Position numbers and translations under genes: made by a program. The notes beneath the pieces are model-generated. The model was not told where the DNA came from. It searched no databases and worked only from the letters and a program-made list of their open reading frames with translations. Of a stretch of DNA of 64,000 nt, positions 1-11,600 are shown in pieces. Each line of letters opens with the position of its first letter. The first letter of the stretch is position 1. This stretch comes from Macrostomum hystrix (Eukaryota > Animalia > Platyhelminthes): the NCBI GenBank assembly GCA_950097015.1, contig CATNEN010000001.1:24056001-24120000 (forward strand), given 5' to 3'.

Positions 1-2
1 CC

Positions 3-1120
3 ACCCTGCTATCAGCACGCGGAGGCGGCCAGCGGCCTCTTCGACTTCAACGCTGGTGTGAGCGACTCTTCGTCTACGATTTCGACATCGAGTATGTTCC
101 TGGTAAGCTAAACGTGCAACCTGACTTTCTGTCCCGCTACGGCTACGATCGTAAAAAGATCGGCCAAGAATCGATTGATCAACGTCAACCTGAGTCAGAC
201 ATCAACCTAGTGCTTGCCAGGAGCTCCGAGCCTATTTCAGTTGCTCAGCTCGCCGAGGCCACAGCTAGCGATGACCAACTGCAGCGAGTCGTTCAGTTCG
301 TGCTCAACGGATGGCCCAACGAGACTCCTAGCGACCTGAAGGGTTTCCATCAGTTGCAGCACGAGCTCTGCCTGTGGAACGACGGGCGCTGTCTGGCGAG
401 AGGCAGCCGAGCGGTCATCCCAGCCTCACTCCGCGACCTGGTGTTGACGGAGGCGCATCAAGGGCATGTCGGCGTGGCGAAGGTCAAGGCGCGATGCCGC
501 GAAACTGTTTGGTGGCCGCGCATTGACAGCGACGTGGAGACATTCGTGAGGAACTGCAGTGCCTGCATTCTGTCGGAGAAGGCGTTCAAGCCGATCAAAG
601 TGCCCTGGTCAACCACGGAACTTCCAGCCGGCCCGTGGAGACAGCTCCAAGTCGACATCGTCGGAGAGCTCCCGGCAACCGAAGCGTCAAATTCGCACAG
701 ATTCCTCATCGTTGTCCACGACCTCTACTCCAAGTGGCCCGAGATCATCGCGTCTTCATCGGTAACCTCTACTGCCTGCGTCGAGGCCCTTCGCAGCCTG
801 TTCGTCCGCTGGGGCCTGCCAGACGAGATCACAACTGACAACGGGCCACAATTCGTATCGAGCGAGTTCACGGACTTCCTCAGCTCACTTGGCATCAAGC
901 ACCGCCGGACTCCATTCTATTGTCCGCAGCAGAACGGCGGAGTCGAAAGGTTCAACGGCTTCATCAAGTCTTCTCTACGAGCCCTGCTGGCCGACGGCGT
1001 GGCCATGAAGCAAGCTGTGCAGGAACTCCTGCTAGCGTATCGATCGGCAGAACACGCGCTGACCAAGAAGACCCCGGCTGAGCTGATGCTAGGGCGGAAG
1101 CTTCGCCTGCATCTTGACCG
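3..1120 (+). mobile_element. Ty3/Gypsy LTR-retrotransposon pol fragment (end of RNase H plus integrase); open from the window start, 3' end lost in a 12-bp repeat
   Basis: Frame reads RLQRWCERLFVYDFDIEYVPGKLNVQPDFLSR (RNase H C-terminus), HHCC zinc finger (EAHQGHVG...CSAC), and DDE triad LQVDIVG / ITTDNGPQF / NGGVERFN; then TPAELMLGRKLR, after which the sequence becomes (GAGAGTAGGCGA)n. Confidence 0.92.
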
Positions 1121-1337
1121 GCGAGAGAGTAGGCGAGAGAGTAGGCGAGAGATTTGGCGAGAGAGTAGGCGAGAGAGTAGGCGAGAGATTTGGAGAGAGA
1201 GTGGGCGAGAGAGTAGGCGAGAGAGTAGGCGAGAGAGTAGGCGAGAGAGTAGGCGAGAGAGTAGGCGAGAGAGTAGGCGAGAGATTTGGAGAGAGAGTAG
1301 GCGAGAGATTTGGAGAGAGAGTGGGCTAGAGAGTAGG
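1121..1337. repeat. 12-bp tandem repeat (GAGAGTAGGCGA)n
   Basis: Direct tandem copies; source of the RRES repeat in the ORF track. Confidence 0.95.
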
Positions 1338-1349
1338 TTTTTTCTGAGA

Positions 1350-1516
1350 TCAAGAGAATTCCAAGAATATATGAATGCAGTCATGGATCTAAGAGAGAAT
1401 TCCAAGAATATATGAATGCAGTCATGGATCTAAGAGAGAATTCCAAGAATATATGAATGCAGTCATGGATCTAAGAGAGAATTCCAAGAATATATGAATG
1501 CAGTCATGGATCTAAG
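1350..1516. repeat. 41-bp tandem repeat, ~4 copies
   Basis: CTAAGAGAGAATTCCAAGAATATATGAATGCAGTCATGGAT recurs at 41-bp spacing (1389, 1430, 1471). Confidence 0.92.
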
Positions 1517-2059
1517 AAAGTTTCGCATGACTTTAAAAGCGCATTTCTGGCCATGCGGCGAGTCCACAATGACCAGCGGATTTTAGAGAACGCTGGCCAT
1601 GTCCGTTGTGGTCGATTGCATTGGAGTTTATTTCCGTTTCAGTAAGTAAACATGCTGCATGGCTAGAGGCAGGCTGGTCCGGAACAGCACTGCAGGTGGG
1701 TTTGAGGGTTGTTGAAATGGAACTGCTGCTGCTGCTGCTGCTGTGGCTTCTGCTGCTGCAGAAATCTCTGCGATCATCAATATTAGAACTATGGTTTTTA
1801 AACAGCTGGTACTACAGGTAAACTAATGCAAAGCCACCGGCGCATAGATTGGGATTTTAGTGGGTAAGAAAGATTTCTTGTGTGCCGCGGGTTTTCCAGC
1901 CTGTCAAGGAATTTCTGGGGATAATAATCCTCCCAATCCGGGGGGTCATTGTTTGTTTACGCTTCAATTTTTGGGATTTTCAAGATTCTTTGGGTATTTC
2001 TTTCCTAAAGCCGGTGGAAATTAATTTCAACGAATGCATAAACAATCTGCATAAAAATC

Positions 2060-2880
2060 TGAACTCCCACACTCCAATCTGAAATCCCACACTCCAATCT
2101 GAAATCCCACACTCCAATCCGAAATCCCACACTCCTATCTGAAATCCCACACTCCAATCCGAAATCCCACACTCCAATCTGAAATCCCACACTCCAATCT
2201 GAAATCCCACACTCCAATCTGAAATCCCACACTCTTATCCGAAATCCCACACTCCAATCCGAAATCCCACACTCCAATCTGAAAACCCACACTCCAATCT
2301 GAAATCCCACACTCCAATCTGAAATCCCACACTCCAATCTGAAAACCCACACTCTAATCCGAAATCCCACACTCCAATCTGAAATCCCACACTCCAATCT
2401 GAAATCCCACACTCCAACCCGAAATCCCACACTCCAATCCGAAATCCCACACTCCAATCTGAAAACCCACACTCCAATCTGAAATCCCACACTCCAATCT
2501 GAAATCCCACACTCCAATCTGAAATCCCACACTCCAACCCGAAATCCCACACTCCAATCCGAAATCCCACACTCCAATCTGAAAACCCACACTCCAATCT
2601 GAAATCCCACACTCCAATCTGAAATCCCACACTCCAATCTGAAAACCCACACTCTAATCCGAAATCCCACACTCCAATCTGAAATCCCACACTCCAATCT
2701 GAAATCCCACACTCCAATCTGAAATCCCACACTCCAATCTAAAATCCCACACTCCAATCTGAAAACCCACACTCCAACCCGAAATCCCACACTCCAATCT
2801 GAAATCGCACACTCCAATCTGAAATCCCACACTCCAATCTGAAATCCCACACTCCAATCTGAAATCCCACACTCCAATCA
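2060..2880. repeat. 20-bp minisatellite (GAAATCCCACACTCCAATCT)n
   Basis: ~41 tandem copies. Confidence 0.97.
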
Positions 2881-3206
2881 AATCTCAAATGCTTCTCAAA
2901 GCCCCATACTTGGGCTAAAAGTACAGAATCGGGGGGAAGTGACATGAGCTCAATAACAGTGTCTCAGCTGTAGCTTTGCGCGTGTGCTCAAATGCTACTC
3001 AATTCATCGGCCCGCAATGCAGAAGAAATTCAATAACTCAATCTAATGCAGAAGCACTGATAGCCGCCATCTCATCCTCTGAGATACCCATCGAAGGATA
3101 TGAAAGCAATCAGAAATATAAAATAGTCGTCCCGCATAACCCCGCTATCATTGATCCCAATAACTAATTGAGTACGTTATGCGCCTTTGCGAAATCTAAC
3201 CTCATT

Positions 3207-4030
3207 GTCTCCATCTCACCCAGTCTCCATCTCACCCAGGCTCCATCTCACCCAGTCTCCATCTCACCCAGTCTCCATCTCACCCAGTCTCCATCTCACC
3301 CAGTCTCCATCTCACCCAGTCTCCATCTCACCCAGTCTCCATCTCACCCAGTCTCCATCTCACCCAGTCTCCATCTCACCCAGGCTCCATCTCACCCAGT
3401 CTCCATCTCACCCAGTCTCCATCTCACCCAGTCTCCATCTCACCCAGTCTCCATCTCACCCAGTCTCCATCTCACCCAGTCTCCATCTCACCCAGTCTCC
3501 ATCTCACCCAGTCTCCATCTCACCCAGTCTCCATCTCACCCAGTCTCCATCTCACCCAGTCTCCATCTCACCCAGTCTCCATCTCACCCAGTCTCCATCT
3601 CACCCAGTCTCCATCTCACCCAGTCTCCATCTCACCCAGGCTCCATCTCACCCAGGCTCTATCTCACCCAGTCTCCATCTCACCCAGTCTCCATCTCACC
3701 CAGTCTCCATCTCACCCAGTCTCCATCTCACCCAGTCTCCATCTCACCCAGTCTCCATCTCACCCAGTCTCCATCTCACCCAGTCTCCATCTCACCCAGT
3801 CTCCATCTCACCCAGTCTCCATCTCACCCAGTCTCCATCTCATCCTGTCTCCATCTCACCCAGTCTCCATCTCACCCAGGCTCCATCTCACCCAGGCTCT
3901 ATCTCACCCAGTCTCCATCTCACCCAGTCTCCATCTCACCCAGTCTCCATCTCACCCAGTCTCCATCTCACCCAGTCTCCATCTCACCCAGTCTCCATCT
4001 CACCCAGTCTCCATCTCACCCAGTCTCATC
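3207..4030. repeat. 16-bp minisatellite (CTCCATCTCACCCAGT)n
   Basis: Tandem copies; 16-aa period in translations. Confidence 0.97.
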
Positions 4031-4449
4031 TCAGCAGAATCACCAGCTCACCTGACGAAGCTCCACCGCAGCGAGTCCGGGGAAGCCACGCTGATGTTGA
4101 GCAGGATGCACAACAGATGCACTATGCTGCCCATTTCAATTATTTGAGTGCCGTTCGGCCTGAGCTCGAGAATGGGATGCGGATCTGTCATCTTCCCAAT
4201 CAGCTGGAATCACTGCTCCTGATTCACGGACTGCTGCTGTCATTCCTTTCAGCTTTCTGGATTTATAAAGCCTAATAGTGTCCCAGAGAGACTTAGCTCT
4301 TTTGCTATTGGTCGGCGGGAGAACCAATCAGAGAAAAGCTATATTGTGCCTTTACAAGGATGCACCAAAGTTGTTCATGTTCTTCCCCTCTGTCCACTGT
4401 TGATTACTACGAGCTATTTTATATTTTTTCTTTACCTATTTAAATCCAA

Positions 4450-4970
4450 TACTCACCCTACCTACCTCTCCTTTGTCTACTTATCTCCCTGCCTATTTCT
4501 CTCTTACCTACTTCTCCCCTACTTACCACTCCTTTGTCTACTTCGATCCCTGCCTACTTATATCCTACCTACTTCTCTCCTACCTACTTCTCTACTATCT
4601 ACTTCTCTCCCTACCTACTAATATCCTACTTCTCTCCCTATCTACTTATATCCTACTTACTTCTCTCCATATCTACTTATATCCTACTTACTTCTCTCCT
4701 ACCTACTTCTCTACTATCTACTTCTCTCCCTATCCACTTATATCCTACCTACTTCTCCCCCTGCATACCTCTCCCCTGCCTACCTCTCCCCTGCCTACTT
4801 CTCTACTGCCTACTTCTCTACTGCCTACTTCTCTACTGCCTACTTCTCTACTGCCTACTTCTCTACTGCCTACTTCTCTATGCCTACTTCTCTACTGCCT
4901 ACTTCTCTACTGCCTACTTCTCTACTGCCTACTTCTCTACTGCCTACTTCTCTACTGCCTACCTCTCCCA
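4450..4970. repeat. CT-rich degenerate repeat ending in (CTACTTCTCTACTGC)n
   Basis: Low-complexity tandem array. Confidence 0.9.
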
Positions 4971-5479
4971 TATAATCTCTAAATTGCGTAAAAGGCATAC
5001 ATTTTTACGGTAGCATTAGCATTAACAGTAGCTATTCGACAGTAAAAACCTTCGAGGTTAAACTCTGGACTTCTAGCCAAGAATTAACTGTTGTCGCAGT
5101 ATTTGCATTTCGCTTCAATTAAGGACACAACTTGTTGCCTAATATTTACTTTGCGTGATCATAAAACTGCTTAGAAGAACAACGCGCGGAACTTTGCTGA
5201 ACTGTGCAATATGCAACACACCAGCTCTCTTCGTCCTAACAAAAAGACATTTTTTTATTCCTTTGCCTGGTAACAAATTTTAGCTTTAAGTTCGCCAATG
5301 TGCTGTGCTTTATAATCCTGTAACTGACAAGCTACCGTGGTCTGTGTTATATTCTGATCAACCTAGCTATGGCTAGGAAACATTTGTAAAAATTTAGGAT
5401 TGCAAAAACTTTTAATATGGCTGACACTCATAATGCTTTTACCGCAATTCCTACAAGCCAGTCTAAAATGCTGTAGAAA

Positions 5480-6625
5480 GGAATGAGGAGAGAGGAGAGA
5501 GAAGAGAAGACAGGAGTGGAAAGAAGAGTGGAGAGAGAGAGGAGAGAAGAGAGAGAAGAGAAGAGAGAGGAGAGAAGAGAGAGAAGAGAGGAGAGAGGAG
5601 AGAAGAGAGAGAAGAGAAGACAGGAGTGGAAAGTAGAGTAGAGAGAGAGAGGAGAGAAGAGAGAGAAGAGAGGAGAGAGGATAGAGAGGAGAGGAGAGAG
5701 GATAGAGAGGAGAGGAGAGAGGATAGAGAGGAGAGGAGAGGGGATAGAGAGGAGAGGAGAGAGGATAGAGAGGAGAGGAGAGGGGATAGAGAGGAGAGGA
5801 GAGAGGATAGAGTGGAGAGGAGAGGGGATAGAGAAGAGAGGAGAGAGGATAGAGTGGAGAGGAGAGGGGATAGAGAGGAGAGGAGAGAGGATAGAGTGGA
5901 GAGGAGAGGGGATAGAGAAGAGAGGAGAGAGGATAGAGAGGAGAGGAGAGGGGATAGAGAGGAGAGGAGAGAGGATAGAGAAGAGAGGAGAGAGGATAGA
6001 GAGGAGAGGAGAGGGGATAGAGAGGAGAGGAGAGAGGATAGAGTGGAGAGGAGAGGGGATAGAGAAGAGAGGAGAGAGGATAGAGTGGAGAGGAGAGGGG
6101 ATAGAGAGGAGAGGAGAGAGGATAGAGTGGAGAGGAGAGGGGATAGAGAAGAGAGGAGAGAGGATAGAGAGGAGAGGAGAGGGGATAGAGAGGAGAGGAG
6201 AGAGGATAGAGAAGAGAGGAGAGAGGATAGAGAGGAGAGGAGAGGGGATAGAGAGGAGAGGAGAGAGGATAGAGTGGAGAGGAGAGGGGATAGAGAAGAG
6301 AGGAGAGAGGATAGAGTGGAGAGGAGAGGGGATAGAGAGGAGAGGAGAGAGGATAGAGAGGAGAGGAGAGGGGATAGAGAAGAGAGGAGAGAGGATAGAG
6401 TGGAGAGGAGAGGGGATAGAGAGGAGAGGAGAGAGGATAGAGTGGAGAGGAGAGGGGATAGAGAAGAGAGGAGAGAGGATAGAGAGGAGAGGAGAGGGGA
6501 TAGAGAGGAGAGGAGAGAGGATAGAGAAGAGAGGAGAGAAGAGAGGAGAGAAGGGAGAGAAGGGAATAGTGGAGAGAGAAGAGAGATGTGATGTGAGAGT
6601 AGAAAAAGAGAGAGGAGATAAGAGA
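5480..6625. repeat. GA-rich ~21-bp purine minisatellite
   Basis: GATAGAGAGGAGAGGAGAGAG-type units. Confidence 0.95.
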
Positions 6626-7298
6626 GAACTGTATTCCGTCCCCACTCAAAGAGAGAAACTGTAAATAAAGAGAGAAGAGATGTGGAATGTGAGTAAGGCA
6701 TGAGAAAACTAAAAATGGTTAGAGATTGAGTAGAGCTGTGCTTTGAAAATTAATGCTCACAAGCTTGTAGCTTAGATTGACAGGCTATGCAAGTCTGCAT
6801 CCAACTGTTGCAACTGTGACAGTAAAAACATCGATTAGCATTGCTAGTATAATACGGCAGTAGCAACAGTCCGTGTCCCTCTGCAATTTCCTATTAATTA
6901 CAGTCAATTGGCTGCCGTGACCCAAAGGCGTGCACGATCGGAAAATAACTAAGCTTTAGATTCGGTTCTGGACAGTTGCAGCGTGACCCTGCTGTTGTTT
7001 GACCTCTCCTCTGTTTGACCGGTCAGAAAATCGTTCTATGCAATAGAATCACGTGACTAACTTCTGTCGGGGTTTCTGACTTATTTTAGTCGCTGGATTA
7101 TTTTTCGAGTAGAAAAGCAAAAAGAACCGAAAGGCTTCTGCGGCTGCTTGGAAGGTTATAGCGGATGTTATGGGAAAGAATGCAGAGTTATTTTAGCTCG
7201 TAGACATGATTTTGATGGCTTCAAGGCATGTAGAAGTCATTGACTACCGAATCGGTCCAAAAAATGGGGTCAATCCCCTCATCTCCTTCCTTTTATGC

Positions 7299-7779
7299 TA
7301 ATGATTTATAGTAAAACAGGCAGGGGTACCCAGGGGTAGAAAGTCAAGGGCTTTAGGCCAGACAGAGGCCGTTCAGCCAATCAGCACTTGAGCAGGGTAG
7401 AGAAAAATAGAGGGGTTAAAAAGTGGGCATGGACAGCCAATCCGAAGCGAGATGGCAGATGGCTTAAGCGCCACAATGTGTGGGGTTGAACACGCAATGA
7501 GGGCAGTGAAAAATAGCACAGTGGGCCGACCATCACCACGGCTGGTTTATAATCACTCATAGAGGAGTCTAGGCCAACACATTGTGGCGCTTAAGCCATC
7601 TGCGATCTCGCTTCGGATTGGCTGTCCAGGCTTTTAACCCCTCTATTTTTCTCTACCCTGCTAATCATTTATACTCGTAGTATTACAGGCAGGGGCACCC
7701 AGGGGTAGAAAGTCAAGGGCTTAAGGCCAGACAGAGGCCGTTCAGCCAATCAGCACTAGAGCAGGGTAGAGAAAAAAAT
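7299..7779. repeat. Compound direct plus inverted repeat, probable non-autonomous DNA-transposon/MITE remnant
   Basis: ~7392-7480 is the inverted complement of ~7577-7662; ~7315-7409 is directly repeated at ~7685-7779. Confidence 0.6.
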
Positions 7780-7890
7780 AGATAATATACCAATATTGAT
7801 AGGCTGCAGAGGGCTGAAACGAGGTAAAACGTTGAGGCGCGTAGCGCCGAGGCGCTTCATCTCGTTTCAGCCCGAGCAGCTTATCCATAT

Positions 7891-8035
7891 TAGTGTTGTA
7901 GTTAGCGGGCGTGAAACGCGTTTCACGGCCCGCCCGCAGTGCATATCTATGGAATTCGACCATAGACAACAGCAGAGGGCGGGCTGCCGTTAGTTTCAAC
8001 CTCGTTTCAACACGCGTAGGCTAACTACAACACTA
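7891..8035. mobile_element. Small MITE-like element with 16-bp terminal inverted repeats
   Basis: TAGTGTTGTAGTTAGC (7891-7906) and GCTAACTACAACACTA (8020-8035); no clear TSD. Confidence 0.5.
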
Positions 8036-8632
8036 CTATACTATTCCCCCTTGCATTGAATTCGTGCCATAGACATTCGCTTTGCAGCTGCATGGAGAAG
8101 GAGCTGGTAAGTACATATACACATACAGCTAAGGCTCTAGTCTCGCGAAGTAAAGATTTAAAAGTTCACTTCCATGCCCACGCCGGAACAAAAGCATCTC
8201 TTTCCGTCTCTTTCTTTCTTTTCTGTTTCTTTCTTTTGGACATAGCCAAAGCAAATAAAGGGCGTCGGAAATATACATGTCTAAGAAATGAATCAATTCC
8301 CGCTTCATAACTTATCCAAAAGTGGTCAATGCACCCTCATATTTTTCTATTTTTCATGTCGAGTTGCCTCTCGAATTAGGGCCAAATACTTGCAAAGCAA
8401 AAAACTCATAAATAAATGTCGACTTCTTACATGTCTACTTCAAGTAGGATTTTAAACACCACTGTTGAGCGTTGGGATTGCAGAAGTACACCTGGCCATA
8501 GACAGTGAAGTTGAGTCCTTGTTCGAGAGCAATTTTAAGCGACTAATTGTTATTCTGCCTAAAAGTCTTCTCATTTAATTCGGGAAGAGGGTCGCAGTGT
8601 AAAGGCACTCGATAAGAACCATTTGTGTCCTT

Positions 8633-11600
8633 ATGGCAGCGTTTGATGGCACTGCAACTGACTGTGCTATTCTGGCAGAAGGCCTGCGAAAAAGCTACGG
8701 CAATCAGACTGTAATTGACGGCCTGTCACTGCATGTGCCGCTGGGTAAAATGTGAGTACATACACACAGTACTGCAATCGATTGGGGAGATGGAAAGGGG
8801 AGAGAAGATATTAAATGGGAGAGAGAAGAGGTGAGAAAAGGAGTGGAGAGGAGAGGGGAAAAGGAGGGGAGAGGAGAGGGGAAAAGGAGGGGAGAGAAGA
8901 GGGGAAAAGGAGGGGAGAGGAGAGGGGAAAAGGAGGGGAGAGAAGAGGGGAAAAGGAGGGGAGAGAAGAGGGGAAAAGGAGGGGAGAGGAGAGGGGAAAA
9001 GGAGGGGAGAGGAGAGGGGAAAAGTAGAGAGGTGAGAAAAGCGTGTAGAGAAGAGGGGAAAAGGAGGGAGAGGAGAGGGGAAAAGGAGGGGAGAGAAGAG
9101 GGGAAAAGGAGGGAGAGGAGAGGGGAAAAGGAGGGGAGAGAAGAGGGGAAAACGAGGGGAGAGAAGAGGCGAAAACGAGCAGATCTAGAGAAGAGGAGAG
9201 GGGAGAGTAAAAAATGGGGACTGATAAAATTAAAGAGGCACTAGGAGAGAGTAGAGAGAAAAGCTGAATAAAAAGAAGTCGACAGAATGTTGTTTACTTT
9301 TTTAAACTTGCTGCCGACCCTACCAATCGGTAAATTTAGTCAGGCTCTTGGTCTCGAGAAACTGTGAATGTCAAAGCCAATTCTCTGCACAGCAACGTCA
9401 TTCTTTCAAAAGCGGTCCAAACCAGCTTTCAAACACAAGCAGAAGATTAAGTATTCCATAGGCACTCTCGCCCCGCCTGGGATGTCTGATAAAGGAGCAC
9501 TTTCTTGAGAAAAGCAACTTTTCTCCTTTCTTTTCTTGCCTTAGCAGAAGACATCATTTGAAGGAGAGCAGTGAGGCTTGCCTGGCAGGTGGGTTTGTTT
9601 GAGTTAGTGAAGCGTGTCTGCTAGCTTGAATAGACTATCCTGATTAAGCTAGTTTCCATGCAACTTGGGTTTAGAGTAGACTAACTAATCTTTATTAGTA
9701 AATAAGCTTTTTGATGCGCAACGCTCTTAACGTGAAATAGAGTTTAGGCCATAGACTCCAACTGTACTAGATGTCAGCTCTAACAATTCTCTATACTAGG
9801 CCATATACTAACTTTTAGGCGATAGACTATGGTTGAGGCCATTAACTAGGGTTGAGGCCATAGACTAGAGTTGAGGCCATAGACTAGAGTTGAGGCCATA
9901 GACTAGAGTTGAGGCCATAGACTAGAGTTGATGCCATAGACTAGAGTTGAGGCCATAGACTAGAGTTGAGCCCATAGACTAGAGTTGAGGCCATAGACTA
10001 GAGTTGAGGCCATAGACTAGAGTTGAGGCCATAGACTAGAGTTGAGGCCATAGACTAGAGTTGATGCCATAGACTAGAGTTGAGGCCATAGACTAGAGTT
10101 GATGCCATGGACTAGAGTTGAGGCCATAGACTAGAGTTGAGCCCATAGACTAGAGTTGAGGCCATAGACTAGAGTTGAGGCCACACACTAGAGTTGAGGT
10201 CATAGACTAGAGTTGAGGCCATAGACTAGAGTTGAGGCCATAGACTAGAGTTGAGGCCATAGACTAGAGTTGAAGCCATTGATTTAGGGCTTAGGCCATA
10301 AAATAGGTTTAAGCCATAGACGATGTGAGCAAAAAACTAATGCATTAGCCAAACTGTAGCTACGGCCTCCTTGGACCAAGCGGCTGCGGCAAGACTACTT
10401 TGTTGAAGTGCGTAGTTGGCCGCCTAGAACCCGATGCCGGCCTCATCCGGGTGCTGGGCCAGAGGCCAGGGAAGCTGGGCCACCGTGTGCCGGGCAGCCT
10501 TATCGGCTACATGCCGCAGGACCTGGCTCTGTACCAAGAATTCAGCATCTCGGAGACTCTGTTCTACTTCGGCCGCATCTTTGGCATGAACTCAAATGAC
10601 ATTGAGGCCAGGGTGGACTTTCTGGTTGGCCTGCTCAAATTGCCAGACAAGCACAAACTCATCAGCCGGTTGAGGTGAGGTGCTCAAATATTCCACTGTG
10701 CTAAATAATAGTGTCCGCCAGTTGATTTCTGAAAATGCCGCGAACTTCTGTTTCAGCGGCGGCCAGCAGCGTCGGGTGTCATTCGCCTGCGCACTGCTGC
10801 ACAAGCCGCCGCTGATGATTCTCGACGAGCCGACCGTTGGCGTCGATCCGCTGCTCAGGCAGTGGTGAGTCACAGCATCAGCTTGTATCTGAAATCAGTC
10901 TAAATTAAACAGAAATTCCACTGAAGCCCAATCTGAACTACATATGAACCGAACCTGAACCCAACATGAACCCAACCTGAACCCAACCTGAACCCAACCT
11001 GAACCCAACCTGAACCCAACCTGAACCCAACCTGAACCCAACCTGAACCCAACATGAACCCAACCTGAACCCAACCTGAACCCAACCTGAACCCAACCTG
11101 AACCCAACCTGAACCCAACCTGAACCCAACCTGAACCCAACCTGAACCCAACCTGAACCCAACATGAATCCAACCTGAAGTTTACCCGAAGTTAACCTTA
11201 ATCCATCTGATCCAAACTGAACCCAACCTGTTCCATACTGCACCTGAAAGCATCTGGCAGCATCTGAAGGACATTGTGAACAACCCGGAGCAGCCCACCT
11301 CGGTGGTCATCACCACTCACTACATCGAGGAGGCTCGTGAAGGTCACCTTGTTGCCCTGATGCGGGATGGCAGACTCTTGGCCGAGGCCAGCCCAGCTTC
11401 CCTGCTCAGCATCTACAGGGAGACCGTAAATACCTCAGGGACCGGATGGCCTGAAGCTTCAGATTCCTATCTGAGTCGCAGGATCTTGAGCATCTTGAAT
11501 CCCCTCCTCCGTCCTGTCCTGCAGAGCCTGGAGGCGGTCTTCTTGAAGCTGTGCCACAACTCGGACGGCGCCAAAGCGGCGCCGAGTTCTGGAACACCTT

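Noticed and set aside
1530-4135. Possible minus-strand host gene (signal-peptide-like exon 4133-4051 with GTGAG donor; open segment ~1815-1533)
   Set aside because: Could not build a phase-consistent model or recognise a domain
1980-6701. Long ORFs over 2005-2877, 3168-4275, 4473-5013 and 5363-6701
   Set aside because: Translations of stop-free tandem repeats, open in several frames and strands
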